Below are positions 18,241-29,105 of a stretch of 64,000 nt of DNA, one piece after another (positions within the stretch are counted from its first letter, which is position 1; every line of letters begins with the position of its first letter). The position numbers were made by a program, and so were the translations under genes. Source of the DNA: a bacterium. Lineage in GTDB: Bacteria > Patescibacteriota > Minisyncoccia > Phycocordibacterales > UBA9973. Where the stretch lies: assembly GCA_021824345.1 (NCBI GenBank), contig JAKAKW010000006.1:10257-74256 (forward strand). Direction: 5' to 3'. The notes beneath the pieces are model-generated. The model was not told the origin of the DNA, made no database searches, and saw only the letters and a list, made by a program, of their open reading frames with translations.

Positions 18241-19131
18241 ATGAAAACTCTTAGAGAATGCATCAAAGAAGCCGAAGAGAAGAAAGTCGCCATCGGCCAT
18301 TTCAATATATCAAATCTTGAGGCATTGCACGGCATTTACGCCGCCACCAAGCAGGTGTCCGAGCTTGCCGGTTATCAAGTGCCGGTGATTATCGGCCTCT
18401 CTGAGGGCGAGGAAGAATTTGTGGGCAGGCATGAAGCGGAAGCGCTCATTGCGGAGATAAGGGAAAATGATAATTATCCCATCTTTGTAAACGCGGATCA
18501 TCATCACAGTTTCGAGAGATTTAAAGAAAGCATTGATGCGGGCTATGACATGGCCATTATTGATGAAGTAAAGCTTTCCATTGAGGAAAATGCGGCCATC
18601 GTAAAGCAGTGCGTGGCATATGCAAAGGAAAAATCCAAGGAAGATAATCGCGATATCTTGGTGGAAGCGGAACTCGGCTTCATAGGTTCGTCTTCCAAGA
18701 TCAGGGACAAAATTCCCGAAGGCGTGAGCGAAGCAACAATGACCAAGCCCGAGGATGCCAAACATTTTGTGCAAGCCACCGGCATAGATCTTCTTGCTCC
18801 CTCGGTAGGTAATGTGCACGGCATGGTGAAAGGAGGCAATCCGAAATTGCATCCGGATAGGATAAAGGAAATAAAAGAAGCGGCAGGTGTGCCTCTTGTT
18901 CTTCACGGCGGTTCCGGCATTGCCGATGAGGATTTCACCGAGGCCATTGCGGCCGGCATCAGCGTGATTCACATAAATACCGAGATCAGGGTGGCGTACC
19001 ACGATGCCTTAAAAAAATTCATGGAAGAAAACCCAGACGAAACAACCCCATATCGCTTTCTTCAGCCCGGCGTAGAAGCCATTCAGAAGGTGGTGTTTGC
19101 GCGCATGAAGCTTTTCAATAACATGAAGTAA
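18241..19131 (+). CDS. fba: Class II fructose-bisphosphate aldolase
   Basis: DHH, EAELG, GNVHG, LVLHGGSG and INTE motifs. Confidence 0.9.
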   Translation: MKTLRECIKEAEEKKVAIGHFNISNLEALHGIYAATKQVSELAGYQVPVIIGLSEGEEEFVGRHEAEALIAEIRENDNYPIFVNADHHHSFERFKESIDAGYDMAIIDEVKLSIEENAAIVKQCVAYAKEKSKEDNRDILVEAELGFIGSSSKIRDKIPEGVSEATMTKPEDAKHFVQATGIDLLAPSVGNVHGMVKGGNPKLHPDRIKEIKEAAGVPLVLHGGSGIADEDFTEAIAAGISVIHINTEIRVAYHDALKKFMEENPDETTPYRFLQPGVEAIQKVVFARMKLFNNMK

Positions 19132-19132
19132 A

Positions 19133-20857
19133 ATGCCGGCGAGCAAGACTCCTAAATTTGACGCGCTGATTGATAAAATTTTGGACGATCTCGTTCAGCA
19201 TGAGCGTGTTTGCGCGGACTGCGGCAAAGAATTCAAAATAGAGGCGGAAGATATTACGTTTCTAAAAATGTTCAGAGTTCCACCTCCGAAACTTTGCCCA
19301 CAGTGCAGGCAAAGGCGTCGGCTTTCTTTCGTAAACTATTCAAATATATATAAACGCAAATGCGATGTGCCCGGACATAGTGAAACAATGATTTCCCAGA
19401 CTGCCCCGGTGATGCCCTGGGTCACATATGACCACGATACTTACTATTCCGATTCCTGGGACCCTTTCTCTTATGGAATGGATATAAAGACAGGCGAGCC
19501 GTTCTTGGGGCAATTCCTTGAACTTTTGAGAGTGGTGCCTCAGCCAGGAGTCCGGCGCGGTTCTGAATCGCCGAACAGCGATTACAGTTTCTACGGGAAG
19601 CATATGAAGGATTGCTATTATGTCTTCGGAGGACGCCGTTCGGAGGACATCATGTACGGCTCGGCAATTTATGACTCAAGACATATAGTTGATTCATATT
19701 TTGTACGAAACGTGGAACTTTCCTACGACAATGTGAGCACAAACAATTGCCACAAATGCAAACATGCGTATTTTTCTTCCGATTGTATTGATTGTGATTT
19801 CATTTATGACTGCCGCAATTGCCAGAATTGTTTCGGGTGCGTGAACCTGCGAAACAAGAACTACTGTTGGTATAATGAACAGCTTTCCAAGGAAGAATTT
19901 GAAAAGAGAAAGAAAGAATCAGGCCTGAGTAGGCGATCATCTTCTATAAAATATTCCAAGGAGTTTTGGAAATTAGTAAAGAATAATCCGGTCAGGGCGT
20001 CCAGAGTGTTTCAGTCGGAAAACGTTTCTGGTAACGATATCAAGCGTTGTCGAGACTGCCGGGATGTTTTTCAGATTGAAGATTCTGAAAATGTCAGGCA
20101 TTCAGGGTTTGTGCTGGTTTTTGTGAAAGATTCCATGGACATGAGCCTAAGCGGGCATGTGGAACGGATTTATGACAGTCAGAATGTCGGTACGACCGAT
20201 GTGAAATTTTCCTTTGGCGTGAAGGGGTCCTCGGAATGTGAATATTCGATGAACCTGAATGATTGCCAAAATTGCTTTGGATGTATTGGATTAAGGAGCG
20301 CCTCGTATAGCATATTTAATAAAAAGTATTCTCCAGAAGAATACTGGAAAAAGCTGGATGACATAAAGTCTGACATGTTGGAGCGAGGAGAATACGGCGA
20401 GTTCTTTTCCATGCCCTTTTCTCCTATGGCGTATAACAGCTCTCTGGCGCATATTCTTTATCCCATGAGTGAAGAAGAAGCGAAAAAACGCGGGCTGTAT
20501 TGGCAGGAAGAAACAGACGTAGATACGAAAGGACTAAACGCTACAAAGGCGGATGAACTTCCGGACGATATAGCGAATGCGAACGCTGACGTATGTAAAT
20601 TGGCAGTAATCGGGGAAGTTTCAGGCAAGCCGTTTCGGATAACCCAAAGAGAGCTTGAGTTTTATAAGCGGGAAAATGTTCCGCTTCCAACTGATACTCC
20701 ATATCAGAGAATACTGGATAGGTTTGCCATATTGAACAATTTTCAGACATTTTCAGAAAAATGTTTTTCCTGCGGCAAGACAATTGATTCTTCCTATCGC
20801 ATCTCGGAAGGCTGGAAGCCGTATTGTGAGGAATGCTTCAGAGAAGAAGTGTTATAA
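19133..20857 (+). CDS. Cys-rich ~575-aa protein of unknown function (paralog 1)
   Basis: CPQCRQRRR, repeated CxNCFGC motifs, GEFF and YCEEC; clearly homologous to 40301 and 42058. Confidence 0.85.
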   Translation: MPASKTPKFDALIDKILDDLVQHERVCADCGKEFKIEAEDITFLKMFRVPPPKLCPQCRQRRRLSFVNYSNIYKRKCDVPGHSETMISQTAPVMPWVTYDHDTYYSDSWDPFSYGMDIKTGEPFLGQFLELLRVVPQPGVRRGSESPNSDYSFYGKHMKDCYYVFGGRRSEDIMYGSAIYDSRHIVDSYFVRNVELSYDNVSTNNCHKCKHAYFSSDCIDCDFIYDCRNCQNCFGCVNLRNKNYCWYNEQLSKEEFEKRKKESGLSRRSSSIKYSKEFWKLVKNNPVRASRVFQSENVSGNDIKRCRDCRDVFQIEDSENVRHSGFVLVFVKDSMDMSLSGHVERIYDSQNVGTTDVKFSFGVKGSSECEYSMNLNDCQNCFGCIGLRSASYSIFNKKYSPEEYWKKLDDIKSDMLERGEYGEFFSMPFSPMAYNSSLAHILYPMSEEEAKKRGLYWQEETDVDTKGLNATKADELPDDIANANADVCKLAVIGEVSGKPFRITQRELEFYKRENVPLPTDTPYQRILDRFAILNNFQTFSEKCFSCGKTIDSSYRISEGWKPYCEECFREEVL

Positions 20858-20864
20858 TAAAAGG

Positions 20865-22553
20865 ATGGTAATGAAAGAAGAAATTCAGAAATTTTTCAAA
20901 GGAGAGATAGCGGACGACGAAGAAACCTTAATTAAATATTCCAGAGACGCCAGCTTGTTTATCATCCGACCCAAGCTGGTGCTTTTTCCGCAAGATTCGG
21001 AGGATGTACAGAATCTGGTGAAATGGGTGGGAGACAACAAGAAAAAATATTCGGAGCTTTCCATTACGGCGCGCTGCGCGGGTACGGATATGTCCGGAGG
21101 CGCGATAAATGAGTCATTGATAATAGATTTTACCAAGCACATGAACAAGCTGATTTCAGGCCCAAGCGCTGTCGGTCCCGACGGATATGCCACTATCACA
21201 GTACAGCCCGGAATGTTTTATCGCGATTTTGAAAAGATTACTCTTAAACACGGACTCATCTTGCCGTGCTTTACCGCCTCCAAGAGCTTGAATGCCATGG
21301 GAGGAATGTTCGGTAACAATTCCGCGGGAGAGCGCACTCTCAAATACGGCAAAACCGAAGACTACGTGGCCGGGGCGAAAGTGGTATTTTCCGACGGAGT
21401 GGAAAGGGAAGTAAAGGAGCTTTCCAAAGAAGAATATGCGAAAAAAGCCGGGCAGAAAGATTTTGAAGGAGATGTGTACAGCGGAATCGGCAAGCTCATA
21501 GATGCCAACAAAGAGGAGATCATGAAAGCCAAGCCGAACGTGCACAAGAATTCCGCCGGGTATTATCTCTGGAACGTAGAAAGACCGAACGGGGATTTTG
21601 ATTTGAATCGTGTCCTTATAGGTTCCCAGGGCACGCTTGGCATTGCCACCGAAATCACTTTCAAGATTTTGCCGGTTCCTAAACATACGCGTTTATTAGT
21701 GGTATTTCTTCGGGACATCAGCATATTGCCGGACCTGGTGAACAAAATATTAAAGTACAAGCCGCAAACGCTGGAATTCTACGATGACAAAACTCTGCTT
21801 TTGGTTTTTAAGTATATCTGGAGTTTTGCCAAGCTCTTGGGCATCCAGCATTTTTTCCGGCTCATTGCGAGCTTCTGGCCCGAGGCCTTGATGACACTTC
21901 GGCACGGCTTCCCGCGCATAGTGCTTCTGGTGGAGTTTACCGGCGATACTGTCGAAGTCGCGGACGGCTTGGCGAAAAAAACTATGGAAGAACTAAAAAC
22001 TGTAAAAGGCATCGGTTTCCGTCTGACCAGGAACAAGTTTGAATCCGAGAAATATTGGACCATCAGGCGGCAAGCTTTCAACCTTATCCGTTTTCATCTG
22101 AAAAAGATGAAATCCGAGCCATTCGTGGACGACGTGATTGTACGGCCGGAAAAATTGCCCGAGTTCTATCCGGCTCTTTATAAAATATTGAACGAATACA
22201 AGGGAGAGATGACTTTCGCAGTGGGCGGACATTCCGGAGAAGGGAACATGCATATTTACACCCTGCTTGATCCGAGAGACCCGCATCTGAAGGAGATCGT
22301 GCTCAAAGTTTCAAGCGAAGTGTATTCCTTGGTGGTAAGGCTCGGAGGTTCCATTACCGCCGAGCACAACGACGGCCTGGTGCGCACGCCATTCTTGCCT
22401 GAAATGTACGGAGAAAAAATCATGGCGTTATTCAAGCAAGTAAAGGATATCCTTGATCCGAAAGATATCTTCAATCCCGGCAAAAAAATCGCCGTTCCCG
22501 GCGGTCCGGGCACCAAGGAGTATCTAAAAGCTCATATTGCGGTAGGAAAATAG
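20865..22553 (+). CDS. FAD-linked oxidoreductase (GlcD/D-lactate dehydrogenase family)
   Basis: AGTDMSGG, GSQGTLG, GEGNMH, EHNDG and DPKDIFNPGK motifs. Confidence 0.9.
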   Translation: MVMKEEIQKFFKGEIADDEETLIKYSRDASLFIIRPKLVLFPQDSEDVQNLVKWVGDNKKKYSELSITARCAGTDMSGGAINESLIIDFTKHMNKLISGPSAVGPDGYATITVQPGMFYRDFEKITLKHGLILPCFTASKSLNAMGGMFGNNSAGERTLKYGKTEDYVAGAKVVFSDGVEREVKELSKEEYAKKAGQKDFEGDVYSGIGKLIDANKEEIMKAKPNVHKNSAGYYLWNVERPNGDFDLNRVLIGSQGTLGIATEITFKILPVPKHTRLLVVFLRDISILPDLVNKILKYKPQTLEFYDDKTLLLVFKYIWSFAKLLGIQHFFRLIASFWPEALMTLRHGFPRIVLLVEFTGDTVEVADGLAKKTMEELKTVKGIGFRLTRNKFESEKYWTIRRQAFNLIRFHLKKMKSEPFVDDVIVRPEKLPEFYPALYKILNEYKGEMTFAVGGHSGEGNMHIYTLLDPRDPHLKEIVLKVSSEVYSLVVRLGGSITAEHNDGLVRTPFLPEMYGEKIMALFKQVKDILDPKDIFNPGKKIAVPGGPGTKEYLKAHIAVGK

Positions 22554-22560
22554 GCAATAA

Positions 22561-22715
22561 GGAAGGGCGAATATTTGCCTATGAGCGGGTTGTGAGCGCG
22601 AGCGGGCATGGTTCGAGCGGTAGCGAGAGAGCGAGCGCGAGCCCTCGAGCCGCCTCGCTGGGGCGGCGAGAAAAGCGAAGAGGCAGAATATTTGCCCTGC
22701 CTGCTTTGCATTTCC
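22561..22715 (-). repeat. ~155-bp structured repeat, copy 1
   Basis: Its reverse complement aligns along its length with 25121-25277. Confidence 0.8.
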
Positions 22716-22740
22716 GGCATTTTCTGCTAGAATGGGCGCT

Positions 22741-23415
22741 ATGTTAGCTATAAAGGCAAAAAGCCGGTCTGCCGGCAAGAAATTGGACGAGCTTCGAGAG
22801 TCGGGAGAAATGCCCGCTGTTTTTTACGGCGCAGGCAAGCCTTCCACCCCGATTTCCGTCAATCTTATTGATTTCAAGAAAATTTGGAAGGAGGCCGGAG
22901 AATCCTCCGCTGTGAAGGTAAGCACCGAGACTGGTGATGTAGACGCCCTGATTCACGAGGTGCAGACTGATCCGGTCACTGACGAGCCTCGGCACGCGGA
23001 TTTTCTGGTTATTGACATGAATAAAAAGATTCAGGTGAATGTTCCGCTTGAATTCGTCGGAGTTTCCGGAGCGGTTAAAAACGGAATCGGAAACATGGTG
23101 AAAGTTTTGCATGAAGTGGAGATTGAAGCTTTGCCAAAAGACCTTCCTCACTCTATTTCCGTGGATATTACCGCGCTTGAGAACGTTAAAGACCAAATTA
23201 CCGTCGAACAGATCAAGCTTCCGGCCGGCGTAACGATGATTACCGATCCGAAAGAAATCGTAGTGGCCGTAACCGAGCAACGCGAAGAGAAAGAAGAGGA
23301 GCCGGCTCCGGATCTGTCTCAAATAGAGGTTGAAAAGAAGGGCAAGCAGGAGGAAGAAGGCGGCGAAGGAGAATCAGCGAAGGGTGATTCCGCCTCTTCT
23401 GAGGAAAAGAAATAA
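22741..23415 (+). CDS. rplY: 50S ribosomal protein L25/Ctc
   Basis: PAVFYG, HADF, the Ctc beta domain and an acidic tail. Confidence 0.95.
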   Translation: MLAIKAKSRSAGKKLDELRESGEMPAVFYGAGKPSTPISVNLIDFKKIWKEAGESSAVKVSTETGDVDALIHEVQTDPVTDEPRHADFLVIDMNKKIQVNVPLEFVGVSGAVKNGIGNMVKVLHEVEIEALPKDLPHSISVDITALENVKDQITVEQIKLPAGVTMITDPKEIVVAVTEQREEKEEEPAPDLSQIEVEKKGKQEEEGGEGESAKGDSASSEEKK

Positions 23416-23457
23416 TATTGCCTTCCGTTATATCTATATATGCTATAATGTCTTAGC

Positions 23458-24852
23458 ATGAAAAAGACGGCTTCCTTTGTTATTGCTTTCATGTTGGCAG
23501 TTTCCTTTTTTGCTCTACCCCAAGACACGAGAGCTGCTTTTGATTGCATGACTCTCACTCCCTCGTCCTCCCAGGCAAACAAGGATTATTGCAAACAGGA
23601 ACTTGCCGTCATTGAAGCCCAATTGCAGGAACTTCTTGCAAAGCAGGCGGCTCAGCAGAAGCAAACAGGCACTCTTGCGGGAGACGTGAGCTATTTGACC
23701 AGCCAGATAAACGCCTTAAAAAAGAAAATCCAGGCTCGGTCTTTGGCAATAGCCCAATTGCAGGTTTCCATTTCGGAGAAAAACAGCACCATCAAATCTC
23801 TTTCCGACAAGATAGACAGAGAACATGAATATCTGGCAGAGCTACTGCGCGATACGAACGAATTTGATCAGAAAGGCATGGTAGACATACTGCTTTCTTC
23901 CGGAAGCATTTCCAATTTTTACCAGGATCTCCAGTCGTATACCTCCATCAAGCAAGCCATCCAAAATTCCATTGATCTGATAAACGGGACAAAGACGGAA
24001 ACGGAGTCTCAAAAGCAAAGCCTCCAACAAAAACAAAATGCGGAAACGGATGCCAAGGCAGAATTGGTGAGCGCCCAGAGCCAAGTCGCCAAAAGCGAGG
24101 CGGACAAGCGCGCGCTTCTGGCCATCAGCCAGCAGAAGCAGAATGAATATGAAAAGCTGGCCGCCGAGAAGCGGGCCCAAGCGGAGAGGATTCGCGCCGC
24201 GCTGTTTCCTCTCGCCGGCACTTCCACAAAAATAGACTTCGGCACGGCCTTGCAGTATGCCACTGAAGCTCAGAGGCTTACCGGCATAGACCCGGCGTTT
24301 CTTTTGGCAATTCTTACCCAGGAAAGCAATCTCGGAGCAAACGTGGGGCAATGCTATCTTACTCACACGGACGGCCCGATGGCCGGCTACGGAGCGAATA
24401 TTAATTCCGGAAAAGTTTGGCCGAACTTGATGAAGGCCTCCAGGGATGTTCAGCCATTCTTGGATATTACTTCCAAGCTTGGTATTGATCCGCTGAAAAC
24501 CCCGGTGTCTTGCCCGATAGCCGGAGTAGCCGGATACGGAGGCGCCATGGGGCCGGCTCAATTTATCCCGTCCACCTGGGCGCTGTTTGTGGGCCGGTTG
24601 AAAAATCTTTTGGGATATGACGCGGACCCGTGGAGGCCGCGGGACGCGTTTATGGCTTCAGCCCTTTACCTAACCGATCTTGGGGCAATCGGTTCAAGCC
24701 AGTCCGCGCAAAATCGCGCCGCCTGCCGATATTACGGTTCGGGAGGGTCCAGCTGTTCTTATTCCCGGAGCGTAGCCAGCCTGAAGAGCGGAATCCAGGC
24801 CAATATAGATTATATTAACCAATACGGGGCCGCGCCTTCAAATAAGTCATAA
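23458..24852 (+). CDS. Secreted coiled-coil lytic murein transglycosylase
   Basis: Signal peptide, long coiled coil, ILTQES catalytic Glu and GAMGPAQFIPSTW. Confidence 0.85.
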   Translation: MKKTASFVIAFMLAVSFFALPQDTRAAFDCMTLTPSSSQANKDYCKQELAVIEAQLQELLAKQAAQQKQTGTLAGDVSYLTSQINALKKKIQARSLAIAQLQVSISEKNSTIKSLSDKIDREHEYLAELLRDTNEFDQKGMVDILLSSGSISNFYQDLQSYTSIKQAIQNSIDLINGTKTETESQKQSLQQKQNAETDAKAELVSAQSQVAKSEADKRALLAISQQKQNEYEKLAAEKRAQAERIRAALFPLAGTSTKIDFGTALQYATEAQRLTGIDPAFLLAILTQESNLGANVGQCYLTHTDGPMAGYGANINSGKVWPNLMKASRDVQPFLDITSKLGIDPLKTPVSCPIAGVAGYGGAMGPAQFIPSTWALFVGRLKNLLGYDADPWRPRDAFMASALYLTDLGAIGSSQSAQNRAACRYYGSGGSSCSYSRSVASLKSGIQANIDYINQYGAAPSNKS

Positions 24853-24889
24853 ATTTGCAAAAAAGTCGCAAATGGGTTAATATGCACGC

Positions 24890-25120
24890 ATGAAAAAAGA
24901 TATCCATCCGAAATACAATCTGAAAGCTAAAGCGACCTGCGCCTGTGGAGCCGTTTTTGAAGTCGGCTCCACTATGCCGGATATTCACGTGGAAATCTGC
25001 AGCCAGTGCCATCCTTTCTATACGGGAAATGAAAAGGTGATGGATACGGCCGGACGCGTTGAGCGCTTCAAGAAGCGCCAGGCTGCCGCCGTAAAAGCCA
25101 AGACTAAAGTAAAGAAATAG
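24890..25120 (+). CDS. rpmE: 50S ribosomal protein L31
   Basis: [13 protein letters not shown] and [10 protein letters not shown]. Confidence 0.97.
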   Translation: MKKDIHPKYNLKAKATCACGAVFEVGSTMPDIHVEICSQCHPFYTGNEKVMDTAGRVERFKKRQAAAVKAKTKVKK

Positions 25121-25277
25121 GGAAATGCAAAAGGCAGGACAAGCATTCTGCCTTTTCGCTTTCCTCGGCCGTCCCGGCGAGACGGCCTCAGGGATGCGGC
25201 CTGCGCTCTTTCGCTACGCGAAAACCGTGCCCGCTTCGGCCCCATAACCCGCTCAAAGGCAAATGCTTGTCCCGCCC
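25121..25277 (+). repeat. ~155-bp structured repeat, copy 2
   Basis: Homologous to 22561-22715 in inverted orientation, with compensatory stem changes. Confidence 0.8.
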
Positions 25278-25306
25278 AAAGCGTTAGAATGGTATAATTT
25301 TAAATC

Positions 25307-26269
25307 ATGGACTTAGACGAGCTGAAAAAGAATCATAAGACGAGCTATCTGGCGGAAATGCTGGAGAATTTGGCGCGCAAGGAAGAGGAAGTGCGGGAGA
25401 TGATGGAAGGGGATGACGACCTTCATGAATTGGCTTCTCAGGAGCTGAAATCTTTGCAGGCAGAGCGCGAGAGCATAGAAAAGCAAGTGAGTGATATTCT
25501 TGAGAAAGAAAACGAGGAAGAAGAATTTCCGAATGAAATAGTCATGGAAGTGCGGGCCGGTGCTGGCGGAGACGAAGCCTCGCTTTTCGCCTGGGAGATT
25601 GCGCATATGTACGAAAAGTATGCGGACAGCCAGGGATGGCAGTGGAAAGTAGACTACGAATCCAAGAATGAGATAGGCGGATACAAGGAGGCCAGCTTTG
25701 AGATAAAAGGCAAAGACGTGTACAAAAAGATGCGCTATGAAACGGGAGTGCATCGGGTGCAGAGAGTGCCAGCTACGGAAAAAAACGGCCGGGTGCATAC
25801 TTCCACCGCCTCGGTGGCGGTTCTGCCTATCCGTAAAAAAGTTAAATTTGAAATCAATCCGGCTGACATTGAAATTGAATATTCGCGTTCAGGAGGGAAG
25901 GGCGGGCAGAATGTAAACAAAGTGGAAACGGCCGTGCGCTTGATTCACAAGCCCACCGGTTTGGACGTTCGTTCCACTAACGAGCGCAGCCAGAACGCCA
26001 ACCGCGAAAAGGCCATGATGATTCTGACCGCCAAACTTCAGCAGATAAAAGAGGAAGAAGAGGCGAAGAAATATGCCGGCGAGCGCAAGGAACAGATAGG
26101 CACCGGCGACCGCTCCGAAAAAATCCGTACATACAATTTTCCGCAGGACCGCCTTACAGACCACCGGATTAAAATGTCCTGGCATAATCTGCCTAAAATA
26201 ATGGAAGGGGAGATTGACGATATAATTGAAGCCTTGGAATCGGGAAAGACAGGTTCAGAGGAAGAATAA
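25307..26269 (+). CDS. prfA: Peptide chain release factor 1
   Basis: PxT (PAT) specificity motif and GGQ. Confidence 0.96.
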   Translation: MDLDELKKNHKTSYLAEMLENLARKEEEVREMMEGDDDLHELASQELKSLQAERESIEKQVSDILEKENEEEEFPNEIVMEVRAGAGGDEASLFAWEIAHMYEKYADSQGWQWKVDYESKNEIGGYKEASFEIKGKDVYKKMRYETGVHRVQRVPATEKNGRVHTSTASVAVLPIRKKVKFEINPADIEIEYSRSGGKGGQNVNKVETAVRLIHKPTGLDVRSTNERSQNANREKAMMILTAKLQQIKEEEEAKKYAGERKEQIGTGDRSEKIRTYNFPQDRLTDHRIKMSWHNLPKIMEGEIDDIIEALESGKTGSEEE

Positions 26270-26450
26270 ATCCAAAAACATTGCTTTTTATTTCATTTGT
26301 GTTATCATTTGCCCCGTAGTTTCTCAATAGGCTTAATGTTAGATTGTGAGTTTGGTTTACCGGGCAAACAATTGATTCAAGCGGCGCGAGTATCTACAGT
26401 TTATCAATAGTTTTTGCCCGATTTTTTTGAAAACGGGAGAAAATAAAAAT

Positions 26451-26768
26451 ATGGCTACTAAGCTATATGTGGGAGGAATTCCCTACAACACGCAGGAGGA
26501 CTCTTTGAAAGAGTACTTCAGCCAGGCCGGAAATGTCGTTTCCGCCGTCATTATCATGGACAAGATGTCCGGACGCTCCAAGGGTTTCGGTTTCGTAGAA
26601 ATGGAAACCAAAGAGGAAGCTGACAAGGCCATTGAAATGTTCAATGATAAGGAATTCGAGGGACGCAAGCTGACGGTCAACGTCGCCCGTCCTATGGAGC
26701 CTCGTCCGGCCAGATCCGGATACGGTTCCGGCAACGGAAACGGCTACGGTGGCGGCAGGGAATACTAA
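26451..26768 (+). CDS. RRM RNA-binding protein
   Basis: RNP2 LYVGGI, RNP1 KGFGFVEM and a Gly-rich tail. Confidence 0.93.
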   Translation: MATKLYVGGIPYNTQEDSLKEYFSQAGNVVSAVIIMDKMSGRSKGFGFVEMETKEEADKAIEMFNDKEFEGRKLTVNVARPMEPRPARSGYGSGNGNGYGGGREY

Positions 26769-26787
26769 ATTTCGCCTGTTTCCAAAA

Positions 26788-26818
26788 ACAAAAAATCCCC
26801 TTCGGGGGATTTTTTGTT
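26788..26818 (+). terminator. Rho-independent terminator
   Basis: AAAAATCCCC-TTCG-GGGGATTTTT. Confidence 0.85.
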
Positions 26819-26900
26819 TGCCCGCGCAGACATTTTCTGGTATATTTTTCAGTGTTTCCCTGGCTGCCGGCAGGCAGGGAACGCTGTCCTTAGTTGATAA

Positions 26901-26972
26901 GCGTGTGTAGTTCAGTGGTAGAACGCTGTCCTGATAAGACAGAGGTCCTTGGTCCGATTCCAAGCACACGCA
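26901..26972 (+). tRNA. tRNA-Ile(GAT)
   Basis: GCGTGTG/CACACGC acceptor stem; CTGTC-CTGATAA-GACAG anticodon arm; T loop TCCGATT. Confidence 0.92.
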
Positions 26973-27048
26973 CATTTGCATAAGTAAATATTTTCCTTTA
27001 TACTATGCGCATAAAGCCTTTTCTGGCTTTGTTTTCGTGGAGGACAAC

Positions 27049-27360
27049 ATGAACAATCAAGGCAAGGGGGGTCCCTGGTGGAGAGAGGCCGCTTTTCTTT
27101 TTAGCGAAATTTCCGCCTGGATTGTGTTTCCCATAGTTGCGGCCCTTGTGGCCGGGAAAGCCCTTGATGCCAAATATGGCACATCGCCCTGGCTGTTCAT
27201 AACAATGGCGGCTTTTGGTTTCTTAATTACCGCCTACGGGATAGTGCGGTCGGTAAAAAAATATTCCAGCATATCAAAGATAAAGAAAGAAGACTGGAAG
27301 ATGCTTAAGAAAATCCCGAAGGAAGATTCCGACACTGAACAAGAAAAAAAGAGCATATGA
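27049..27360 (+). CDS. atpZ: AtpZ/AtpI family protein
   Basis: Two TMs with LDAKYGTSPW; first gene of the atp operon; GGAGG RBS. Confidence 0.8.
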   Translation: MNNQGKGGPWWREAAFLFSEISAWIVFPIVAALVAGKALDAKYGTSPWLFITMAAFGFLITAYGIVRSVKKYSSISKIKKEDWKMLKKIPKEDSDTEQEKKSI

Positions 27361-28217
27361 ATTTTATCCAAGAAATAAGCCTGTTTGCCGAACCGGTTGC
27401 GCATATAGGAAAATATGTGATCACCAACTCCATGCTGTCCAGCTGGCTGGCCGTGATTATCATCGTCGCGCTGTCTCTTGTTTTACGTTCAAAAATTAAT
27501 GAAATTCCCCGCGGAATCCAGAATCTTTTTGAAATGATAGTGGAAAGCTCGCTTTCTCTCATTGACCAGGTTACGGGAAGCCGAAAGCTCTCGGAAAAAG
27601 TTTTTCCCATAGCCCTTCCGCTTTTCCTTTTTATACTCTTAAACAATTGGATCGGCCTTTTGCCGTTGGGCTGGATGGGCCAAGTTGAGCATGTAAAGGA
27701 GGGTTTTGCCTTCATTCCGTATCTGCGCGGCGGCTCGGCCGACGTGAATACTACAATCGCCCTGGCTGTGATGTCCGTGGTGGCTGCCAACCTATTCGGA
27801 GTGCTTTCCATCGGCATTTGGAAAGTGTTCAACAAGTATGTTAATATCAAGGTGCTTAGCACTATCCCAAGCAAGATAAAAAAGGATCTGACCGTGATTA
27901 TCGTGGCCCCGATCACTTTTTTCGTGGGATTGATTGAAATAATAGGAGAGATCGCCAAAATGGTTTCCCTGGCTTTCCGTCTTTTCGGAAACATTTTTGC
28001 CGGAGAAGTGCTTTTGGCGTCCATGGCGGCTCTTATCCCGTATCTGGTGCCCGTGCCCTTCGTTTTCCTGGAGCTTCTTATGACCTCTATCCAAGCCTTG
28101 ATTTTTGCCATGCTGGTTGTGGTATACTTTACGATTTCCTCAAGCGAGCACGGAGAAGAGACGGAAGAAATCAGAGAAGAGCAAGAGGAAATCAGAGAAG
28201 AGCTGTCATCGGCATAA
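27357..28217 (+). CDS. atpB: ATP synthase Fo subunit a
   Basis: PRGIQN, SLAFRLFGNIFAGE and IQALIF motifs. Confidence 0.96.
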   Translation: MNFIQEISLFAEPVAHIGKYVITNSMLSSWLAVIIIVALSLVLRSKINEIPRGIQNLFEMIVESSLSLIDQVTGSRKLSEKVFPIALPLFLFILLNNWIGLLPLGWMGQVEHVKEGFAFIPYLRGGSADVNTTIALAVMSVVAANLFGVLSIGIWKVFNKYVNIKVLSTIPSKIKKDLTVIIVAPITFFVGLIEIIGEIAKMVSLAFRLFGNIFAGEVLLASMAALIPYLVPVPFVFLELLMTSIQALIFAMLVVVYFTISSSEHGEETEEIREEQEEIREELSSA

Positions 28218-28229
28218 AAGGCATAAGGG

Positions 28230-28250
28230 GACGGAGGGCAACCCTCCGCC
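28230..28250 (+). repeat. REP-like family B
   Basis: GACGGAGGGCAACCCTCCGCC. Confidence 0.6.
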
Positions 28251-28331
28251 AAGAAAAATGACGAATTCAAACGAAACAATGCAAAGGTCAATATTATCAG
28301 CCACCTCGCGCCAAAGCGAGAGTTAACATAA

Positions 28332-28547
<216 letters not shown>

Positions 28548-28613
28548 TTGGATGCTGGGGATTAGGTTCCAGAATACTGGAACCTAGAACCCAGTACCTA
28601 AAGCAAAAAAGGC

Positions 28614-29105
28614 ATGGATTCAATAATTTCAACATTTCACATAGACGTAAAGACGCTGATAACCCAAGCGGTCAATTTCAGCATTGTGCTCGTGGTCCTA
28701 TACATGTTCGCCTTGAAGCCCATTCAGAAAATCATGCGCGAACGCACGGCCAAGATAGAGAAAGGCATTGAGGACGCGAAAAAGAACGAAGAGATGCTCA
28801 GGAAGAGCAAAGAAGATTACGATCAATCCATGGCCAAGGCCAAGGCGGAAGCGAACGATCTGCTTAAGGACATGAAGAAGGAGGTTTCGGAAAAGCGTTC
28901 AGCCATGCTGGAAGATGCCAAAACGGAAGTGGCTGCCGCGATAGCCGCAGGAAAACAGAGCTTGGAAAGCGAAAAGCAGAAAATGCTTTCCGATGCCAAA
29001 AAAGAGCTGGCGGCCCTCGCCATCCAGGTTACGGAAAAGGTTTTGGGAGAAAAAGTGGACGCTTCATACCAAGAGAAGGCGGCCAAGGAAGTAAGCAAGA
29101 TATGA
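28614..29105 (+). CDS. atpF: ATP synthase Fo subunit b
   Basis: QAVNF TM followed by a coiled coil. Confidence 0.94.
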   Translation: MDSIISTFHIDVKTLITQAVNFSIVLVVLYMFALKPIQKIMRERTAKIEKGIEDAKKNEEMLRKSKEDYDQSMAKAKAEANDLLKDMKKEVSEKRSAMLEDAKTEVAAAIAAGKQSLESEKQKMLSDAKKELAALAIQVTEKVLGEKVDASYQEKAAKEVSKI

